A stretch of DNA of 63,849 bases, counting the filler, from Reclinomonas americana ATCC 50394 (Eukaryota), in the NCBI GenBank assembly GCA_048213135.1. It is 11 parts of 11 records of this genome, joined end to end, with 100 filler letters (N's around TTAATTAATTAA, not from the genome) between each part and the next. Parts side by side here need not be neighbours in the genome. Positions count along the whole stretch, not along the records: positions 53,811 to 62,746 come from AFZH01018164.1; positions 62,847 to 63,849 come from AFZH01018172.1; 9 more parts are not named here. One strand, 5' to 3'. How positions within the stretch are numbered: the first letter of the stretch is position 1; the number at the start of each line of letters is the position of its first letter. The translations under genes were made by a program, and so were the position numbers. The notes under the pieces were generated by a model. The model saw only the letters and a program-made list of their open reading frames with translations. It made no database searches and had not been told where the DNA came from. Positions 57,401 through 63,849 of the stretch are shown here, piece after piece.

Positions 57401-59998
57401 TTCCTGCGTGGGTGGAAATCGTCGGCAATCAGTGTGCAGAACCGGATCGACCAGCAGTCGCTGCAGTTTATCACCAAGCGCCTTGGCAACGAGGACTATG
57501 TGACGGCGATCTCGTACAACGCCAGCGGGACCGACGCATCGGACATTGAGTATGTGACGTGGGTGGCGATTGGTCGTGCTGCGCAAGGCGCACCGATCTC
57601 GTGCCCTGCCGGCTACAGCGGCTCCAACTGCGGCGTGTGCACGCTGCCCGACGGTACCACGACGTGCTCACTGAACCGACGCGCCGTGCTGAGCTGCGCC
57701 TACGGCACAACCCAGATCGTCGCCCAGTGTGCCGAGGGTCGCGAGTGCTTCGAGGCGTACGGCTCGGCGCAATGCGGATGCTCGGCGAACGGTGCTGTGT
57801 GCTCGAGTGGCGGTGACTGCTGCTCTGGTAGCTGTGACTCTGGGCTGTGTGTGGCCGTGTGCATTGCGAATGGCGGCAGCTGCTCTGCCGACGAGGAATG
57901 CTGCTCGGATAGTGTGTGCACCTACGGTACCTGTACTGTTTCGTGCAACCCCGCCACCACGTGCTCAGGTCACGGAACATGCAACATCGATGGAACGTGC
58001 CAGTGCGACACTGACTACTACGGTGCCTCGTGCAATGTGAACTGTGTGGTGGCCACGACCTGCTCGGGCAATGGAACCTGCAAGAGTGACGGTACGTGTC
58101 TGTGCACTGGCGACTACACCAATGCGAGCTGCAATTGCAGTCCCACGACAACGTGCTCTGGCAACGGAACATGCAATACCGATGGAACCTGCGCGTGCAA
58201 CAACAACTACTTCGGTGCCACATGCAATGTGAACTGCGTGGCGGGCACCACATGTTCTGGAAATGGAACGTGCAACAGTGACGGGACGTGTCTGTGCACG
58301 GGCGACTACACCAATGCCAGCTGCAACTGCAGTCCCACCACCACGTGCTCGGGCAATGGAACCTGCAAGAGTGACGGTACATGTCTGTGCACTGGCGACT
58401 ACACCAATGCGAGCTGCAATTGCAGTCCCAGCCTCACGTGCTCTGGCAACGGAACATGCAATACCGATGGAACATGCCAGTGCAACAACAACTACTTCGG
58501 TGCCTCGTGCAATGTGAACTGTGTGGCGGGCACCACATGTTCTGGAAACGGAACGTGCATGAGTGACGGCACGTGCCAGTGCACTGGCGACTACACCAAC
58601 GCTAGCTGCAACTGCAGTCCTTCAGCCACATGCTCGGGTCACGGAACGTGCAATAGTGACGGTACGTGCCAGTGTACGGGTGACTACACGAATGCCAGCT
58701 GCAACTGCAGTCCCAGCCTCACGTGCTCTGGCAACGGAACCTGCAATACCGATGGAACATGCCAGTGCAACAACAACTACTTCGGTGCCTCGTGCAATGT
58801 GAACTGTGTGGCCGGCACGACCTGTTCGGGCAACGGAACTTGCAAGAGTGACGGCACTTGCCAGTGCACGGGCGACTACACCAATGCCAGCTGCAACTGC
58901 AGTCCCACCACCACTTGCTCTGGCAACGGAACGTGCAAGACTGACGGCACATGCCAGTGCACTGGCGACTACACCAACGCTAGCTGCAACTGCAGTCCTT
59001 CAGCCACATGCTCGGGTCACGGAACGTGCAATAGTGACGGTACGTGCCAGTGCACTGGTGATTACACGAATGCCAGCTGCAACTGCAGTCCCAGCCTCAC
59101 GTGCTCTGGCAACGGAACATGCAAGACTGACGGTACGTGCGAGTGCAACAACAACTACTTCGGCGCATCTTGCAATGTGAACTGTGTGGCGGCCACCACA
59201 TGCTCTGGCAACGGAACATGCAAGAGTGACGGCACTTGCCAGTGCACTGATCCCATGAACCTCAGCAGCAACTGCTGTGTGCCCAGCTGTTCTGGCAAGG
59301 CATGCGGTAGTGACGGTTGCGGCGGATCGTGTGGCGCGTGCGGTTCCGGTCTGCAGTGCAATGCGTCGTTCCAGTGCGAGTCGGCGTGCGTGCCCAGCTG
59401 TGTCGGCAAGACGTGCGGCAGTGACGGGTGCGGCGGATCGTGCGGCTCGTGCACCGTCGGGGACTTGCTCATCTCCGAATACGTGGAGGGCACCAGCAAC
59501 AACAAGTACCTGGAACTCTACAACAACAGTGCCTCTGCCTTGGACCTCAACGACTACGAAGTGCGATTGTTCTCCAACGGCGCTTCTGCTGCAACAGCGA
59601 CTGTGCAGCTGTCGACTCTTGCTGGCTTGCCCTCAACATCATTGGCGTCGGGAGGAACTCTCGTTCTGCGTAACGGGTCGGCCGCACTGACGTTGCCGGG
59701 CGGTGTTGTGGCGTACACTAGTTCAGTCATCAATTACAACGGCGATGACGCCATTGGCATCTGGAAAAGGTCGACGTCATCATACGTGGACATCTTTGGC
59801 GTCATTGGACAGGACCCCGGTACTTCATGGACTGCCGGCTCACTCACCACGGTCGACAAGACGCTGCGCCGCAAGTCGTCTGTCCTTTCGGGTGTCACGA
59901 CGAATCCATCCTCGACATTCGCGACGCTAGCGACGGAGTGGGATCAGTTCAATGTCGACACCGCATCTGGCCTCGGCTCGCACACAATCACCGGGTAG
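54479..59998 (+). CDS. Secreted mosaic protein: beta-rich N-terminus, H-type-lectin-like domains, Cys knots, 14 EGF-like repeats, 2 CxPxCxGKxCGxDGCGGSCG repeats, C-terminal lamin-tail (LTD) domain
   Basis: Signal peptide RLLRWLCVVALLSLAVLSSTATA. F..EF.RRPRVLLGF and YVTWVAIG are lectin-like motifs. The 2.7-kb intronless last exon carries LLISEYVEGTSNNKYLELYN...NGDDAI...DIFGVIGQDPG...TLRRK...EW...SGLGSH. Confidence 0.85.
57944..59276 (+). repeat. 14 tandem 31/33-aa EGF-like repeats
   Basis: C-x5-CSG(N/H)GTC-x2-DGTC-x-C followed by either TGDYTNASCN or NNNYFGASCNVN. Confidence 0.95.
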
Positions 59999-60472
59999 TC
60001 GGAGGGCGAACTTGAAATGAATTGGAGATGTGTCTAGTTGGGTCGTTGACGCAGGTGCTGGCGAGGTTGAGTATCGAGGCGACCATGGTACGCATCGATA
60101 TTATGATATCGTCGTGATCATGATTCGACATGCACGCTGCACTGCGTGCTGCGCACTTTGGCAGATAGTGAATCGGTGGCCGCTCACAGCAAAAACGCAC
60201 GATGCTTTGGGGAAACGAAAGTAAGGCTGAAGCATGAGGCTCGAGCGGGGAAAGATCGGGCGAACTTTGGCGAACATTACCAAAATCGTAAAGCGCTGCG
60301 CGCGCGTTCGGTGGGGTGAGTTGAGACTCAAAGTTCTTGCAGCGTTCTCTGGTATCTCTCTTTCTCTCCCTCTCTCCCTTCTCTCATTCTCTCACTCACG
60401 CACTTCACTCTCGCTTCTCACTCATTCTCTGCATTTATGTCCCCCTCATCATCCGCTCTCTCTCCCGCTCGA

Positions 60473-60540
<68 letters not shown>

Positions 60541-60680
60541 CCTCGGCCGCAGCGTGTGTACTTTCTGTCATTTGCGATTGTGTTGTGCACCGGCGTCCGC
60601 CGGTGCCACGACATGTCCACTGTCTCTCTCACGCACTACACTCTCTCGCTTCCTCGCTCTCACATTTGTGCATACAGACC

Positions 60681-62746
60681 ATGTCGAGCATGAGGATTGT
60701 GCTCTTTGTGGTGTGCCTCCTCATTGTGATGGCGAACGTGGTACTGGCCATGGTGCAAGCTCAAGGCAAGTGTTTCCTATATCGGCAGCTCGCGTCTCAT
60801 TGGCACTCATTCATGCTCTTTCGCTCATATGCACAGGTGGTACATGTACCACAACTGGCAACGAGTGTGGAGTGAATGTTGCGTGCACGTGGCTTGGTTT
60901 CCGTCGACATCTTTTCACGAAGAATATTTTGTAACTCCTTGCATGTTCAACCCTGCTCCCCTTTTTACTCACTCTCTCTTCCGCGCAGGGCTACTGTTCT
61001 GCCGGCAAGTGCGCGTGCCACAACAACTGCTTCACCGCCACCAACGGTGCCAGTGTTTGCGCCACGTGAGTCTCCTGCAGCAAGCTACGTGGACACGACA
61101 TCCCCCCACTCACTCACTCTTCTCCCCTTCTTTGCCGAACAGCTGGGCGGGTCCGTTCTGCTCGTGCCACCCGTTCGTGACGTGCTCGAACAACGCGGCC
61201 TCGTGCACTAGCACCGGCGCCTGCGTCTGCAGCGCAGGCTCCTTCGGCACCAAGTGTGACCAAAAGTGCTCGCCCGCCACCTGCAACAACAACGGCACCT
61301 GCAGCGCTGCTGGTGCCTGCCAGTGTAATGTCAACTATTACGGAGCCACATGCAACGTCTTCTGCAATCCGGCGACCACTTGCAACGGCAACGGGACCTG
61401 TAATGCGAGCGGTCAGTGCGTGTGCACCGGCAACTTCACTGGCGCCTCGTGCAACCAATGCAAGCCGGACTACTACGGTGCCACGTGCAACGCCCTCTGC
61501 AACCCCGGCACCACCTGCAGCTACAACGGCAGCTGCAATGCCAGCGGACAGTGCGTGTGCCTCGCCAACTACTACACCGCCAACTGCTCCAAGTTCTGCA
61601 CCGCCGCCAAGACCTGCTCCGGCAACGGCACGTGCGACGCAAATGGCCAGTGTGTGTGCACCGGCAACTTCACCGGCGCCTCGTGCAACCAGTGCAAGCC
61701 GAACTACTACGGGGCGACCTGCAGCAAATACTGCAGCGCGGCTATCACGTGCAATGGTCGCGGAACGTGCGACAGCACCGGCTCATGTGTGTGCTCCTCA
61801 AAGAACTGGACGGGCACGGCGTGCGATCAGTGTGCCGCCAACTATTATGGCGCGAGCTGCGAGAAGTTCTGCCAGGTACGTGCGTGTTAGCGGTGGGAGA
61901 GGACTGGGATGAGGAGAAAGGAGATTAGTGAGGACATAGGCACTCAAGATAAGATTGGTGTGAGTAGTGGCTGTGAGTGGATCTGGAAACGCAACGCTGC
62001 AACCATGTATTGCAGTGGAGATGGTGGGTGGAATAGCAGTGGAGTTGTAAGAATGCACGCAGAGCGGTGGTTATCGTAAGGGAGACTGAAGAATGGAGTG
62101 GACAGCAGTGCGATGCTAGCTTCAGTTATTTCCAACCGCTCACCTCTTTCCCATGCATAGGCTGCTACCACCTGCAGCGGAAATGGCACTTGCTCCAGTG
62201 ACGCCACCTGCGTGTGCAACGCCAAGTACTACGGCACTTCATGCTCCGTCTTCTGCGACGCGGCTGTCACCTGCAGCGGCAACGGCTCGTGCGACATCGC
62301 CAGCGGCAAGTGCACATGCAAACCAGGCTTCGACGGCCTGTATTGCTCACTGCCGCGTTCCCCTTGCACTGTGCACGCGGACTGCCTCTCCGCAACGGCT
62401 GGTGCCAAGCTGAGCAACGGGCAACCCATCAATGGCGGCCTCTGCGTGTCTGGCTTCTGCAAGTGCAATGCACCCAGCAGCGGCGCGCACTGCGAGTGCA
62501 TTGCCGATCCCGGTCGCTGCTCGGGTTTCATGTCGTTTGCGCGCTTCAGCACTCCGGATGGCCGCTTTCTGGAATGCAAGTCCACGTGCTCTGGGAACTA
62601 CACCAACTGCAGTCCCAATGCCACGTGCTCTGGTCACGGAACGTGCAAGGCTGACGGCACATGCCAGTGCACTGGCGACTACACCAATGCCAGCTGCAAC
62701 TGCAGTCCCAGCGTCACATGCTCTGGCAATGGAACATGCAAGACTG
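60681..62746 (+). CDS. Secreted EGF/laminin-EGF repeat protein, 3' incomplete (runs into gap)
   Basis: Signal peptide MSSMRIVLFVVCLLIVMANVVLA, followed by many CxxxGxCxxxGxCxC...YYGATC repeats across in-phase exons. Confidence 0.88.
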
Positions 62747-62846
62747 NNNNNNNNNNNNNNNNNNNNNNNNNNNNNNNNNNNNNNNNNNNNTTAATTAATT
62801 AANNNNNNNNNNNNNNNNNNNNNNNNNNNNNNNNNNNNNNNNNNNN

Positions 62847-63849
62847 TCTACTCTCTTTCTCTTTCTCTCTCACTTCACCATTTGCTCTTGCCACTCCATC
62901 TCATCCTCTGCGAGACAACTCCCTGCCTCTGAATCTCTTTTCTCTTTATCTCTCACTTCACCATTGCTCTTGCCTCTCCTCCCATCCTCTGAGAGACAGC
63001 TCCCTGCTTCCGAATCTCTTCTTCTCTTTCTCTCTCACTTCACCATGTGCTCTTGCCTCTCCTCTCATCCACTGATAGACAACTCCCTGCTTCTGAATCT
63101 CTTATTCTCTTTCTCTCTCACCTCACCATTGCTCCTGCCTTTCCTCCTCTGAGAGACAACTCCCTGCTCTGAATCTCTTCTTCTCTTTCTCTCTCACTTC
63201 ACCATTGCTGTTGCTCCTCCTCTCATCCTCTGAGAGACAACTCCGTGCCTCTTTCACTCTCACTTCACCATTTGCTCTCGCCACTCCCTCTCATACTCTG
63301 CGAGACAACTCCCTGCCTCTGAATCTCTCTTTCTCCCTCACTTCACCATTGCTCTTGCCTCTCCTCTCATCCACTGGGAGACAAATCTCTGCCTCTGAAT
63401 CTCTTCTTCTCTTTCTCTCTCACTTCACCATTTGCTCCTGCCTCTGATCATCCTCTGAGAGACAACTCCCTGCCTCTGAATCTCTTTTTCTCTTTCTCTC
63501 TCACTTCACCATTGCTCTTGCCTCTCATCTCATCCTCTGAGAGACAACTCCCTGCCTCTGAATCTCTTCTTCCCCTTCTCTCTCACTTCACCATTGCTCT
63601 TGCCTCTCATCTCATCCTCTGAGAGACAACTCTATGCATCTGAATCTCTTCTTCTCTTTCTCTCTCACTTCAGCATTGCTCTTGCCTCTCCCTCTCATCC
63701 TCTGAGAGACAACTCCCTGCTTCTGAATCTCTTCTTCCCCTTCTCTCTCACTGAGAGACCTTTTCTCTCATCCTCTGACAGACAGCTCCCTGCTTCTGAG
63801 TCTCTTGTTCTCTCTCATCGCCAGAAACCCTTCACCAATCGCTCTTGTC
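62847..63849. repeat. Pyrimidine-rich minisatellite, unit about 80 bp, about 12 diverged copies
   Basis: Recurring CTCTGAGAGACAACTCCCTGCCTCTGAATCTCTT...CTCACTTCACCATTGCTCTTGCCTCTC. Confidence 0.92.

Noticed and set aside
62847..63849. CRISPR-like or other spaced-repeat array
   Set aside because: Whole units repeat with no unique spacers. It is a eukaryotic minisatellite, and there are no cas genes.

Overview
This is eukaryotic (protist-like) genomic scaffold DNA, not prokaryotic. It is intron-rich and gene-dense, with microsatellite-filled introns and ten artificial 100-nt gap linkers; several genes continue across the gaps. By hand-splicing I reconstruct about 17 genes: a WD40 protein; a giant secreted S8/KP-43-like pseudo-protease ending in a BNR propeller; a myxobacterial-type M36 metallopeptidase fused to EGF repeats; a partial kinase-like gene; two tandem Legionella PlcA/B-type phospholipases C; MARCH6/Doa10; a disordered protein with a degenerate Macro domain; a DUF4476-like protein; a DUF676 hydrolase; a degenerate EF-hand protein; UBXN4; a receptor-type pseudo-cyclase; an IFI44-like GTPase with a CaaX box; a coiled-coil protein; and two EGF-repeat surface proteins, one ending in a bacterial-type lamin-tail domain. 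The most striking signal is in the splicing code. At least 32 introns use a '+1-shifted' donor (GTTGCGT/GTTGAGT/GTTACGT/GTTTCGT), and in every case the exon ends in A, C or T, never G. All gene models and family assignments are manual and rest on motif recognition; no database searches were run and the organism is not identified.
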